A DNA stretch of 64,000 nt from Selaginella moellendorffii (Eukaryota; Plantae; Lycopodiophyta). The position numbers were made by a program, and so were the translations under genes. The notes below the pieces were generated by a model. The model worked only from the letters and a program-made list of their open reading frames with translations. It ran no database searches and was not told the origin of the DNA. Where the stretch lies: the NCBI RefSeq assembly GCF_000143415.4, contig NW_003314305.1, positions 433,709-497,708 of the forward strand, read 5' to 3'. Shown here in pieces: positions 11,225 through 23,926 of the stretch. Numbering within the stretch: the first letter of the stretch is position 1; every line of letters begins with the position of its first letter.

Positions 11225-14200
11225 GGAAAAGGTAGAAAAGGTTCGTCATTTGTTTTCCAAGCAGGATTTGGGATCTCCTACGTCTGATGGTGGTGGGGCT
11301 TTTTTCTAGATAGAAAGGCATCGCTGGAGGAAGAAAGAGTGGTGCCATCCATAGGTGGAAACTCTATGTTTTAGGAGGGGACCATGGCATGGCTTCTTTA
11401 CCTGTGAGTAAGAAGCCTATAGCATTTTTTCTTTGTTCTTGTTGGTTTGCTGTAAGTACCAAAAAGAGTGTTGAAAATGTATTGTCTTTCTCTCTTTTTA
11501 TCTTTCTTTTTCCTTTCTCTTTGTTTTTTTGATTGAGTACTGGTTGGTCTTGTCTCTTGTTGTGGCTCGCTTCTCGTCTCTTTTTTCTTCTTCTTCTATG
11601 GTGGTGGACTGACGTACGTGAGTGTTCCTTGGCAATCCAGCATGATGCAAGCGTTCCATGTGGAAGTTGCTCGCTCAAAGTGAACCAAGGAAGACCCCAC
11701 TGTACGAGAAATCGAAGCTCGCTCTAGCCACAGAGAAAGAAAAGATGAGGAAGGAAAAAAGGGAGGAAGTATTGCTAAGGACCACGGACAAGTAAGATGA
11801 GAAGCTTTTTTGTTTCCTAGACGCACACTTATGCGCTCGTGCTCTCCTCTCATCGCTCGCTCACTCTCTGGCTTCGTTTGGTTTTGTTTTCAGGTTCCAA
11901 AGACTCTCTTTTTTTTTATCTTTCTCTGTTTTCATTTTGTTCCTTTTTCTCCCTTGATTGATCAATGCCTGCAGCTGCAGGTCTCTGTTTCCTCCAACCA
12001 ACGAATTGTCCTGCGAGATTTGCAGTCGAGCCATCACCACATTATTTAGCTGCAGCAGCTTTTGTTGCTGTCCCGCGGCGGAGATCCTTTTTAATCTTTG
12101 AGGGGTAAGTTTCTCTAAGTTGGTGCTGTGTTTTGACATAAATATTCATCCTTTGTATGTGATAGACGTTGTCACTTATCATATGCTGTACGCAACAGCG
12201 AGAGCACACTTGAGAGCACACCGGTGTTTAAAACGTCAGCCATCGCCTTCTCTACAGGAATGTTGGTTGAAAAACTAATAAAAGTTCCATGACTGCGTAT
12301 AGTAAGTGTGCAGCCAGACCGCTGTGATGGAGGAGTCGTCGGCCTCCCCGGCATTGACACTAAAGAAGACAACGAAATATGCATTTCATGTGTAAGTATT
12401 CGAAGGCTTTGATGCTCTTCGTGTCTCAGAAAGCTTGGATTGGATGATGCCTTTGGAGACGATTATGTGTTTGTTTGTGCATGCAGGCAGGGAAAGAGAT
12501 GTGCCAAGAAAGAGATGTGCTCGGAATTGACAAATTAACAGCTCCAAGCAGATTGTTGGGCTTGTAACTTCAGTGCTGCTGCGTGCCGAGGTACACAGCC
12601 TTGTCCTTTAGCTTTGCATTATTCAAACGCTGCCGCTTGAATACCTTTTTATCGGCCCAGCACAGCGACAAGATGACATGGGAGGGACGAGATTAAGAGC
12701 GACCAACGTTCTCCTAAGCGGCCGAGAAAGAAGGATTTTCAAAGGTACTACGTGTATAGCCAACTTAAAAGTTTTTCCTGTGCTTGTTTTCTTCCGCGGT
12801 TTTTTAAAAGTGGAACCGGATTGCTATGACACGCTTGAATTTCTTCCACAGGTTCTCTTCTGGAAAGCATGGAAATATCCCAGACGGCGGACACGATTGG
12901 TGGTGGCAGTACCTCGCTCGATCACGGACTTGTCTCATCGTCCCAACGCAAAAGCTGCCTCACACTCTCTCCCGTGAAAGGAAGGAGACGTAAGGGCGGA
13001 GCGCTTGAATTTACGTGCCATTTGCGAGCCAGGCAAGCATCCAAAACCTCGGAAACGACAGGGGGAGCATGGAAGTCACTGCAGCGTGGCCGTCGTGCCC
13101 GTGGAATCGCGATCTTCGTCCGGCTCAAACAGAATCAATCTCTCGAATCTCGTCGACGTTGCTGCTGCTCCCTCCGATCGATTCGATGGTAAGCAGCGAA
13201 AAAAGATAATTTTTTTTTTTTTTCCTTTCGCCACACTCCTGGTGAGCTTTTCTGATTTCTTATTCTTATGATCTCTCTCGTGTCTCGTGGAAGGTTTTTA
13301 CTAAAGCGTACTTTTTGGTGTTTGTTTGCTTCCCAGGAAAAGCCGAGAAGACGAAGAAGAAACAACACAAGCTCCGCGCGCTCGATATTTTCATGCATCG
13401 CTCGTCGTGTTGCCGATCGTCTTCTCGGAAAGATTTGCCAGCAATAACTGAAAATCTCGGCGTAAATGCGATGTGTCCCTGGATTCCGCGGCACTGGCAC
13501 TGAAAACTCTGGAGCAAGGCACTGTGGCCACTGGTGGAGCTGCTGGCAGTGTTTGAGTTTTCTGGTCTTGGGATGGATGGATGGATTGGAGGAGGAGGAG
13601 AAAAAGGCCGAGAGAAGTTTTTAAAGGGGGGCGAGCAGGCAAGAACAGCAGGAATAGAAAAACAAGGGAATGTACGTACGCGGCGCTGCAGAGAACACAA
13701 TTCCATGAACGCACGGAGGTGATTTTGATTGATGAGTTGATTGTAGCGAAAAAGAAAGGAAAAAAAAATCCGGGGCCACGCTCGCGAGTTTTTTAAAGTT
13801 TTTACGCTGATGATCGAAGCTAAAGTTTGCTTTGTGAGAAGAAGAGTTATTTTTTTTGTAAAAAAAAATTCTTTCGTTGTCAGTCACGCGGCTGCTGCTG
13901 CTACTGCTACTGCTGCTGGCTGAGGATAGATTCAAACAGAGTGACCCTTTTTCACGACTTTCAAGCGTGTTCTTGGCGGCGTTGAGATGAGCGTGTGATT
14001 GATTGATTGATCGTAACGGAAAATTGAGGCACACGCACTGCTGCTTGCTGCTGGCGCTGGCCGAGAAAATCATGCGGCCATGTTTCCATGAGAATTGCAT
14101 TGTGAAAATGAGGATATTATGCTATAGACATCTTACAACTCTTAAGTTAGGGTTCTAACAGGCTCTTGAGTCTCCCCAATGGCATGAAAAAGATGGTGGA

Positions 14201-14951
14201 CAACGTCCTCTACACGAGGAAGGAGAGATCCATGGAGATTCCCATCGTCGTTGTGGAGGTGGAGTTCTACAATGAGTCTTACGACAAGCTAAAGGAAAAC
14301 GTCAGGGAGATTATGAAGCTGGACAGAGCGTCAGCTATGAGGAGGAGAGTGGAGGAGTGTGGTTCCAGGCGTGTGTTGGATATGGCGGAGAGCTCCGAGG
14401 GTATCCTCGGCTGGGTGCTTTGTTGTTCCCACAGATACCATCTTCAAGGATGTGCCAGATCTGCCCACGAACATCTGGGATGTGTATAAGTTCCCTCTTG
14501 GATGTTGTGGAGTTTGCAAGCTCTGCAGGCTTCACGCATAGTAGATCACTTCAAGCAATGTTTGCTCTTTTCCAAGCTTATGCTTTTTAGTTTTAAGGCT
14601 TCTACAAAGATGAATCGTTCTTCGAGATTTTGCTCATCAGTGATTTAAACTATCTACAAATTATTATTTTAGACTGGCCTTGACAATAATGTTAACTTTT
14701 AGCAGTTAACTAGGAGCAATTCTTCTCCCAGATACCGAGTTGAACTCCCCTATTTAGAGGAAATCCCAGTGCCTGCAACCATTAGCGCGAGCAAAGCCAC
14801 TTGCATTTAAAAGTGTTTAGTGTGAGGCTATGATAGTCAGTGTCTTCCATGTAAAGTCCAATATTTTGGTAGCTACTAAATTAGTGCTGTTATTTGATGA
14901 TAAGGGAGTCAAGATGCAATATTTGTCCTTTAATACTTGGTTGTGACCAGT

Positions 14952-15132
14952 TTAGATTGGATATTGATAGAATGGTCAAAACATTTGTGATTGAGTATAA
15001 TAGTAACACACATTTAGCTAAATGTAAAATAAGATAATAAAGGTTAATATATATATTGATAGATTAACCTTTATTAGATTGGATATTGATAGAATGGTCA
15101 AACATTTGTGATTGAGTATGATCGTAACACAC
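14952..15132. repeat. ~60-bp direct repeat, two copies (14952-15012 and 15074-15132)
   Basis: TTAGATTGGATATTGATAGAATGGTCAAA(A)CATTTGTGATTGAGTAT occurs twice. Confidence 0.9.
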
Positions 15133-15227
15133 TAAATATCATTGTTTAAAACAAAACACAAATAGATTTAGCTATTAGCGCGAAAGAGAGCTATCTCTTC
15201 TACTGCGTTCTCGACGAAGCCGAATCC

Positions 15228-16874
15228 ATGTTTCCGACTGACACGGCGTTGAAGCCATCCTTCGTCCAGGTGCATGCCTGTAGCCGCAGGCACGTCTCTC
15301 GCCGACGCCTTGAAGATGCTTGCCTTCGGTCCCAAAGGATGGACGCGAGAAGCTGAGCGAGCGCCTGGCGGGCGACACAGACTGCTTCTGCTTCACTCGA
15401 GCTGCTGGTACGATGATGATCGCTATGATCTTGTTTGTGTGCTTCTGACGTCTTTCTCAGCGCTGTGATCTTGCTCGTGTGTTCTTTTTTAGCGCTGTGA
15501 TCTCGCTTGTGTGCTTGTGACTTCTTTGTCAGCACTTGACAGGAGCAAGGAGTGGGCCGCGGCTGTGTTGCTGCCGTTCCAGTTCTCCGTTTTGGACGTG
15601 GCCGGCTTGCGGAGAGCTCTCTCGCATCCGCTGCCACTGCCGCTGCCTGTTGGCTCTGCAACGTACGCGTAGCACGCCGGTGCCATGGCCGCCAACTTTG
15701 TTCCTCACGGCTCGTACCCAGCGGAGAGCATCTCGTCTCTCGATCAAACGACAAGCTGGACGCGTACAGCCTCCACGAGCCTTGCTGGAATCTGGCATTC
15801 TCCCACCTGTGGATGAGGCTACTCGAGCTTGCTGGGATAACGATCGTCGAGTTCAATCGCGTCCGGTCGGACAGTAGCAGTGGCCGGGATATGATGCTGT
15901 GGATGCAAAACCGCCTGTGTGCCATGTTCAAAGAGAAGGAACCGAAGTTGCAGCAAGCGTGCTCCAAGTTGGAAGAGAAGCTCGTCAAGCTGGACCGGCA
16001 GTTCTATGGCCTGGTGCCGTGGATGATCGGCGTGGGACTGGCAGGCCAGCGGATGGAGGCGTGGGCGTTCACGCACGGACAGAGGACGCCAGCAGAAGTT
16101 CTTGTCGGGCCTCTGGAACTTGCAAAGATCGAGGACAAGTTGACGTGCTTGCGCGTCTCTGTAAATCTCCTCCGGGTTGCGGTCTCGCTTGAGAACGTCT
16201 TCTTCCCTCCGGACCGTTCGCGGCTCATGAAGCTTTGGCCTACGTTCTATGGATCCGAGGACCAGATCAAGAGAACGCTCCGCTTCGGGAACGCTGTGGT
16301 GATTAAAGAGATAGATCCCTGGTCGGAGCATGTCGCTGATGGCTTCACGACGCTGGAGTTTGTCAAGAGAGCGCACGGACTCCGGGCCGAAGGTCTAATC
16401 TCTGGCGTGTTGGCGTTCGAGGGGGACAAGTACAGAGTCACCATGAAGGAACTGCAGGATCAGCCGCGAGCTTCTACCGAAGTGGAACTTCTCGATGCTG
16501 TTCACTGGATTCTTCGCGGCCTGGAGAAGTTGCATGAAGCGGGGCTTGTTCATCGGGATGTGAAGTGGAGGAACGTGATGAGAGACGCTCGCACTGGTGG
16601 CTGCGTTTTGATCGACTTGGAGACGGTGTGGGCGGCTGGTGAGAAGCCCGAGTGTGAGTTGCTAGAGCTGCTAGCTTGGGACAAGCACACGCTTGTGGAC
16701 GGCAAATACACTGAGCGCTCGGATCTTTATCACGTCCGCAAGCTGATGAATGTTGTGGAAGATCTCTCCCCGGCAGCTAAAACATTCCAGTCCAAACTGC
16801 TGGGCTATGAGTTTGAGACGGCGAGGGCCGCTCTCGATGAACTGTTGCTATGCCAAAATGACTCTGCTGCTTAA
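15228..16874 (+). CDS. Crinkler (CRN)-like restriction-endonuclease-fold plus protein kinase gene; the 5' part appears disrupted
   Basis: GRDMMLW..RLCAMFKEKE..A.SKLEEKL..FYGLVPWMIGVG resembles the CRN REase domain. Kinase motifs LHEAGLVHRDVKWRNVM, LIDLE and YTERSDLY. The region upstream of ~15740 needs frame changes and contains a stop. Confidence 0.65.
15421..15532 (+). repeat. Three tandem 32-40-bp units, each ending in a pyrimidine tract plus AG
   Basis: CGCT(A/G)TGATCT...AG units at 15421-15460, 15461-15492 and 15493-15532. Confidence 0.85.
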
Positions 16875-17010
16875 CGATATCTGAAAGTTCACGAAACAAT
16901 GTTATGAAGTGAGAAGAAGGAATAAAACACATCATAAAAACATACCCCGCGCTTTGGTCGAATTCTACTCTCGATCACGGTTGTAACTTTCTTCTTCTCA
17001 TGTGTAGACC

Positions 17011-18258
17011 TTAAGCTGAATCTTCCCGTGGACGAGGACTGGAAAATCGCTGAAAGGCAAACGGGCGGTACGAGAAAGAAACACTCGCCGGCCGTGAATC
17101 GTCATCGCTCTTAGAAACCTGCGTCCGAACACCACCGTTAAACTCGATGCTGCCACTCTCATCCGGATCCAGCACCCAGCGGGACCTGTCTTTAACTTTG
17201 AACTTTAAGCTTCGATCTTTGTGTTGTCGACGACGACGCCGGTGAGAAGACGGAGAAGCATCTCGACTTGACATAGAATCGGAATCATCACCTTCGTTGT
17301 AAAAGCTCGGGTTCACGCCGTAACCATCCCCTCGCCTCCTGCTGCGTTCCACAAACCTTGGAGCTGGCGGCTGCCTCGGCCCGTAACTTCCCCCTCCTCC
17401 CCACTGATCATCATCCGGATAGTAGTAATCTCCTCGAGACCTCGGCCTTGGTCGTGAAGGTGGCGGCGGCCTTCTCGGTGGCATTGCAAACTCCTCGTCG
17501 TCGTAGTCATAGTATCTGTCGTAAAATCCCGGACTGCCACTTCTCTCGCTGGTCATATCCGAGTAAGCTCCATCGTTGTAGAGAGGCGGGGGCGGCGGCG
17601 ACCTGGGCCAGGAAGTGCTGCTCTCCTCGTCGGGCCAGCAAGTTTCCTCCATCTCAGATCTCGATGGCCCGCTCGCCTGATAAAACATCAAGAGCTGGTC
17701 AATGAGTTGCCTGAGAAGAACAAGTGATGCCAGGGAGAAAGAGTCGAGCGAGTCGACTTCGGAGAGCATGAGATGGGCTGCTGCTAGATCCGAAAAGGCT
17801 GGAGGTCGAGGAGGAGGAGGAGGAGGATCAAACTCTCGTCGCATTTGTCCTCGAGGAGGACTATAATACGGTGGAGGAGGAGGAGGAGGAGATCTGGCCC
17901 TGGGAGCTCCAAAGTTCGTGGAAGAAGGCGTAGGTGGTGGAGCTGCATAGCTGAAAGATGGTGGTGGTGGCGGCGGCGGAGGCGGCGGCGGTGGCCGTGG
18001 AGGTCCAAAAGACTGTCCAAAGCTCCCTGGAGGATAATTGGAAGGAGGAGGAGGAGGCGGCGGTGGGGGTCTAGCTGGAGATCTAAACGGTGGCGGCGGC
18101 GGCGGAGGAGGCGGAGGCCTTGGTTGGGGAGGAAAAAATCCTCCTCCTGGCGCTGCTGGAGGCGGCCCAGGCGGTCTAGCTCTAGGAGCTCCAGGCAAGA
18201 ATGGCGGCCTACCTGGTAGCGTCGGAGGCCTAAATCCTCCCATTTGCTGCTGCTGCAT
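17011..18258 (-). CDS. Proline-rich protein of unknown function, intronless, 415 aa
   Basis: Long ORF with poly-Pro tracts, an R/Y/D-rich middle and a short C-terminal segment that looks ordered; no signal peptide. Confidence 0.65.
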   Translation of the reverse strand: MQQQQMGGFRPPTLPGRPPFLPGAPRARPPGPPPAAPGGGFFPPQPRPPPPPPPPPPFRSPARPPPPPPPPPSNYPPGSFGQSFGPPRPPPPPPPPPPPPSFSYAAPPPTPSSTNFGAPRARSPPPPPPPYYSPPRGQMRREFDPPPPPPRPPAFSDLAAAHLMLSEVDSLDSFSLASLVLLRQLIDQLLMFYQASGPSRSEMEETCWPDEESSTSWPRSPPPPPLYNDGAYSDMTSERSGSPGFYDRYYDYDDEEFAMPPRRPPPPSRPRPRSRGDYYYPDDDQWGGGGSYGPRQPPAPRFVERSRRRGDGYGVNPSFYNEGDDSDSMSSRDASPSSHRRRRRQHKDRSLKFKVKDRSRWVLDPDESGSIEFNGGVRTQVSKSDDDSRPASVSFSYRPFAFQRFSSPRPREDSA

Positions 18259-18752
18259 CGCGAATCAATCTACATTGCGCCGAGCGAGAAAATCATTGGA
18301 ATAGCCCGGAAATGCTTAGGATCGAGAGAAAATCTCACCGGGAAGTCGTGCCGCGCGAAGAGCTGGGAAATCTCCAAGAGCCCTAGAATAAGAACCCTAG
18401 AAAATTTGGCGCCTCTCTCTCCTACGTGGCCGATTTTAAAATATGATGACGGGCGGATGCCTTGTCATATTCCCCGCTACCAAATAGCCACTGCCGTACG
18501 TCACGTCGCATTTGGTCAGTAGTGGCCACGGCCCAAACAAGAACACGCGAAAGAACTTAAAGGAATAACAACAATGGGCATCGCTGGATCGATCGATCCT
18601 CGTGAGCGGCCATTTCCATCGCGGCATCAAATGTAGCTGTGGCGATCGGCACAGCGCTAGCATTTCGCGGATGCCGCGCAAATCGGGTAATAGCCGCATT
18701 GATCTAGCGTAGAAATCGAGCGCCAGAGCTAGGGATCCGGGCATTCCGAGCG

Positions 18753-19957
18753 ATGTCTTGGATGAAGATGGCGTCGGCGCGGCAAGGTCTGGACAGATCC
18801 AAGGCCAGGATGCAGATATTACGGAAGCCCTTCTTCCACTTCGTGCTGTGCTTCTTCGTGGGATTTGGAATCGGCCTCACGCCTCTCAGCAGCGGCGGCG
18901 GCAGCGCTCGCGAGCAGCAGCGGCCGCGAGATTCTTTCACGGCCGCCAAGAGAATCGCGACGGAAGAACAGGTTGTGATTCTGGATTCGTCCTCGCCACT
19001 GGAAATCTCCGCGAATTCCTCGAGATTTCCAGGGCAGGGAAGAATGCCACTCCAGGATCCAAAGAAGCTCCTCATCATCGTCACGCCAACGTATACACGG
19101 CCATTCCAGGCGATGTATTTAACGCGATTGGCGCACACTCTCAAGCTCGTGGATCCGCCGCTCTTGTGGATCGTCGTGGAGATGCCGGGGCAATCCTTGG
19201 AGACCGCGTCGCTGCTCAGGAAGACTGGGGTCATGTACAGGCACTTGGCTTGCGAGAAAAACCTCACCAACATCAAAGATCGAGGCACCCAACAACGAAA
19301 CTTGGCGCTCCAGCACATCGAGATTCATCAGCTGGATGGAATCGTCTACTTCGCGGACGATGACAACTTCTACTCGCTGGAACTCTTCGACCAACTGCGT
19401 GAAATCAAGTACGTTTCTATCTTTCATTGCTTCTATTGTCATGATCTAAAGCTCTTTTTTCCTGTGTTCTTGATGGTTTTTTCCAGGAGATTTGGCACTT
19501 GGCCAGTGGCGATGCTGGCTCACAGCAAATCCAAGACCATCCTGGAGGGCCCCGTTTGCGATGGCCACAAGGTGACGGGCTGGCACACCAACGAGAAGAG
19601 CAAGCGATTGCGAAGATTTCACGTCGATATGTCCGGCTTTGGATTCAACAGCACCATTCTCTGGGATCCCAGGAGGTGGAAGCGGCCAACAACGCAACCA
19701 GTTCGTCAGCTCGACACTGTCAAGGAAGGATTCCAGGTAAATCATCCTTTGAAACGTTTCTTCACACCATTTCACTCTGGAAAAATCAGGAGACGACTTT
19801 CATCGAGCAGCTCGTGGAGGATGAGAATCAAATGGAAGGACTTCCCAGCGGCTGCTCCAAAATCATGGTGTGGCATCTCCATCTCGAGTCGCAGATCGCG
19901 AGCTATCCACCAAACTGGAAGATGGACAAGTTCTTGGAGCCTGTGATTCACTTGTAG
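18753..19957 (+). CDS. Glycosyltransferase family 43 (IRX9/IRX9-like xylan xylosyltransferase), 3 exons
   Basis: TM anchor and motifs [43 protein letters not shown] and IMVWHL. Confidence 0.93.
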
Positions 19958-20386
19958 CACAGAGACACAGGGACGGACACTCACACACGCACGCTAGCAA
20001 TTTATACTTTACAATAGGATAGATAGATTTACGCCTCTCTTGCCCCGCGTTTAGTAGGAGTATAAAATCTTTCCAGCCCAAATTTATCCAAGCGTAAACA
20101 TTGTTGGTTGCAACCATGCTCACGTATCTCGCGATCGTTCTAATGAATATTCTAAAGATAAAGAATATTCTTGAGAATATTTTCAACTTCTAAGATCATT
20201 TTCTCCGTGTTCTTCGGCCATTATGGCCGAGTGGTAGCAAAAAAAGAAACTGCGGTTCTTAATAAATCATCTAAAGCAATCTAAAATGACCAAAGCCAAA
20301 GACACTGCAAAGAAAAATTTTCCTCTCGCATTAGTTAGCGCGTTCGAAAACAAGAAAGATCCATCTCACGCTGCTTGCGTCTCTCC

Positions 20387-20943
20387 TCACGCCCTCACAG
20401 CGTACTTTCTCATCGGGAAGTAAGCCTCCTTCTTCTTTTGCTTCTCCGTCTTGAGGGAAAGCTGCGAAAAAACACAAACGAGAAAGTTTCAGAGCTGCCA
20501 CCACCTCTACAATGGAAAATTGCTTACCTGATGTTTTGTCAAGCGTCGCCTGATCGCTCGGGTCTTCTTGGGACGAAGATCCAGAGGCATGTACTTCTTG
20601 TTCTTGTACGCCTCTCTCAGCTTGGCCTTCTGGGTCTGGGAGATTACTGTGAGAACGCGCGCGATCGAGAGCCTGACGACCTTGCTGGAGAAACAAAACA
20701 CCGAAGTGAAAATCAAAATCGCGAGGGAACACTCGAAAATCTCACATTTTGGAGAGCTTGTTGGGGGCGCCTCCAGTGACTTTGGCCACGCGCAGCAAAG
20801 CGAGCTCGGATTTGAGCTCCTTGAGCTGGACGAGCAAATCCTGCTTAGATTTCGTCCGCAGCTCGTGCACTTTGATCTTCCCTGCTGAGAGACAAAGGAA
20901 ATCGATCGAACCAGAGCGAGATCGCGAGAAAGAACGTACCCAT
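20387..20943 (-). CDS. RPL35: 60S ribosomal protein L35 (uL29), copy 2
   Basis: Spliced [10 protein letters not shown]...[16 protein letters not shown]...RKYAVRA; same intron positions as copy 1. Confidence 0.95.
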
Positions 20944-21142
20944 CTTTGCGGCTTCCCCACAACCCTAAAACCCTAGCCGCCCGGAAATTTAAACCTAACC
21001 CTAACCATTAAAGATGTACATTTTTGACATTTTTTAGCTTGTAACAGATCTCCACCGTCGGTTTTGAAAGCCCTAAAATCCCAAGAACCCTAAATCTTGA
21101 AAACCCTAAAACTCTGGGCGGCGACAGGAAGGAAGCGGAGCG
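20944..21142. promoter_or_regulatory. ~200-bp bidirectional promoter of RPL35 and RPL23 with several telo-box motifs
   Basis: Several AACCCTA-type motifs (~20961, 20969, 20997, 21086, 21102) lie between the divergent ATGs. Confidence 0.7.
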
Positions 21143-21743
<601 letters not shown>

Positions 21744-21840
21744 TTCGAAGCCTGGAGACTATCAATGGAGATTTTGTGTTCTAGTTCTCTTCTGATTTTA
21801 GGGTTCTTGGGGAATGGGCTAGATCTAGGGTTCGTGGGAA

Positions 21841-22779
21841 ATGAATGATCTTCATTCCTCGCGGCCCCTCTTTTCTTTCGGAGTGATCACTGATGTCCAG
21901 TACGCGGACGTTCCCGACGGGCGTTCCTTCCATGGCGTTCCGCGATTCTACCGCGGCAGCCTCGCCGCGCTCAACGAGGCAATTGCGAGCTGGAACGATC
22001 AGGGCAGCGATCTGTCCTTCGTCATCCAGCTCGGGGATCTCATCGACGGGCGCTGCCCCCGCGATCAAGCTCCCGCGGCAGCGCGCGAGGTCGTGGCAGC
22101 ATTCGATAAATTCCGGCACGGCCGCGTCTACCACACCATCGGCAATCACTGCCTCTACAATCTCTCGCGCGGCCAGCTCCAGGAAATCCTCCGTGTTGAT
22201 GGATCCTTCTACTACGATTTCGTCCCCCACCCGGGATTTCGATTCATCGTCCTGGATAGCTACGACGTGAGCGTGCTGGGCGGATCATCGAGGGATCACT
22301 CCTCGCGGGCTATGGCGCTGCTGGATGCCAAGAACCCTAATGTGGACAAGAACAGCCCCCTGGGAATGGCGCCCGAGCAGCAGCGATTCGTGGCTTTCAA
22401 CGGCGGCATTGGCGATGCCCAGCTCCAGTGGCTCGATCGGAAGCTCCGCGAGGCCGAGGATCGCAACGAGCGAGTGATCATCGCCTGCCACATCCCAATT
22501 CTCCGCGAATCCACCTACGACGACACGCTGCTGTGGAATGCCGAGGAGGTATTGCGCGTGATCCATCGCTACGATCGCTGCGTGGTGGCGAGCTTGGCTG
22601 GGCACAAGCACGATGGGGGCGAGGGAGTGGACGAGAAAGGGATTCCTCACCGCGTCCTCGAGGCCGTGCTCGAGTGCCCGCCCGGGGAGAATTCGTTTGG
22701 CCGCGTGGATGTGTACGAGGATCGATTGGAGCTGCTGGGCACTGGTAGAATGCGATCGGCCACTGTGTTCTTCCGGTGA
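21841..22779 (+). CDS. ADPRM: Manganese-dependent ADP-ribose/CDP-alcohol diphosphatase (metallophosphoesterase), intronless
   Basis: Motifs TDVQYAD, QLGDLIDG, GNHCLYN, FNGGIG, CHIP, AGHKHDGG and LECPPG. Confidence 0.92.
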   Translation: MNDLHSSRPLFSFGVITDVQYADVPDGRSFHGVPRFYRGSLAALNEAIASWNDQGSDLSFVIQLGDLIDGRCPRDQAPAAAREVVAAFDKFRHGRVYHTIGNHCLYNLSRGQLQEILRVDGSFYYDFVPHPGFRFIVLDSYDVSVLGGSSRDHSSRAMALLDAKNPNVDKNSPLGMAPEQQRFVAFNGGIGDAQLQWLDRKLREAEDRNERVIIACHIPILRESTYDDTLLWNAEEVLRVIHRYDRCVVASLAGHKHDGGEGVDEKGIPHRVLEAVLECPPGENSFGRVDVYEDRLELLGTGRMRSATVFFR

Positions 22780-22930
22780 TCTCGCCGGAGTTCACGGAAT
22801 AATCACGTTAGATTGATATCATGACTCACATCTTTATGGACGAATCACTTAAAGTCTTTTCAATTTGTTCTGGTACATTTATTAAAAGAGAGAAATAACT
22901 GTCATTAAATCTTTGAAAGAAAAACATTTT

Positions 22931-23004
22931 TGGCTTCATCCAGGTTCGAACTGGAGACCTTCAGTGTGTTAGATTGACGTGATGACCAACTACACCATGA
23001 AACC
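22931..23004 (-). tRNA. tRNA-Val(AAC), one mismatch in the anticodon stem
   Basis: Reverse complement GGTTTCATGGTGTAGTTGGTCATCACGTCAATCTAACACACTGAAGGTCTCCAGTTCGAACCTGGATGAAGCCA folds as a cloverleaf and is followed by a short A tract, TG and a T run. Confidence 0.88.
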
Positions 23005-23926
23005 ATTCTGTCTAAAAAACATTTTCCCCAAGTCAAATTTTGAAAAGGAGTGATTGGTTTTTTGGTCCCTGCTTCTCTTGCGTGGTTTCTTTGTCTCGTC
23101 CTCCAGATTGAAAGCAAAAGGTCAGATATACATTGGGTTTAGCGTGTAGTTGATCAATCGCATTCACTAACTTCACGCCGAGAGACCTTGCGGATCTATA
23201 CTCGAGATTGATCTTCTATGAGAAAAGACATGGCAAGTCTCTTCGGCCGTGTTTCATAATCTTCAACCGTAAAATTTCAGCCAGAACACTCCTGGGAGTC
23301 TGAAGTAGAGTACACAAACTGAAGCTCCTCATTAAAGTCATCGTCATTCAACGAAGTACGTCTTTGGTGGCCACAAAACAACAGTTTTGACGTGGAAATT
23401 GACCAGGAAGCTTTCCGAGGTAAACATCACCTTTGCTCGTTCTTGTTCTCGATCCTTTGCGTAAAATGTCGAGGCGTTTGAGAGAGCACTCGGCCACGAA
23501 GAAAACGAGGGCTTGACGCTTGGCGGCTTGAACTCAAGGCTGGCAGATTGTTTGAGGCATACGTTTCAGCTCCTTTTAGCGAGGAGAACGTGAGGTTTTT
23601 GAAGATATGACCCGTATCGTATTGGGCGATTCTGTCAAGTCGGCAGAAGCGCATCAAATCAACAAGTTGAAGCACAATATTGAAGCACGATGTGTGCTCG
23701 ACAACTGGAAACCGGTTGCAGTAGGGCCGCCAACTCTAAGCACAAAGTGGTGTGCCTGGAAAGTAATTCAATATCATTCCCTGTTCTTCCGGCCGAAGTT
23801 CACGGAAGAATCACGTAAGGCTCCCGGAAAACTTACAATCGAATTTGTACAAACTTTCTACGATCTTGCGCGTATAGTTCGATGACAGGATTGGAGAGGC
23901 GTGCGTGGTTTCCTTTGTCTCGTCCT

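Noticed and set aside
14166-14541. Short ORFs with coding-like composition
   Set aside because: Possibly a gene relic, but no assignable family.
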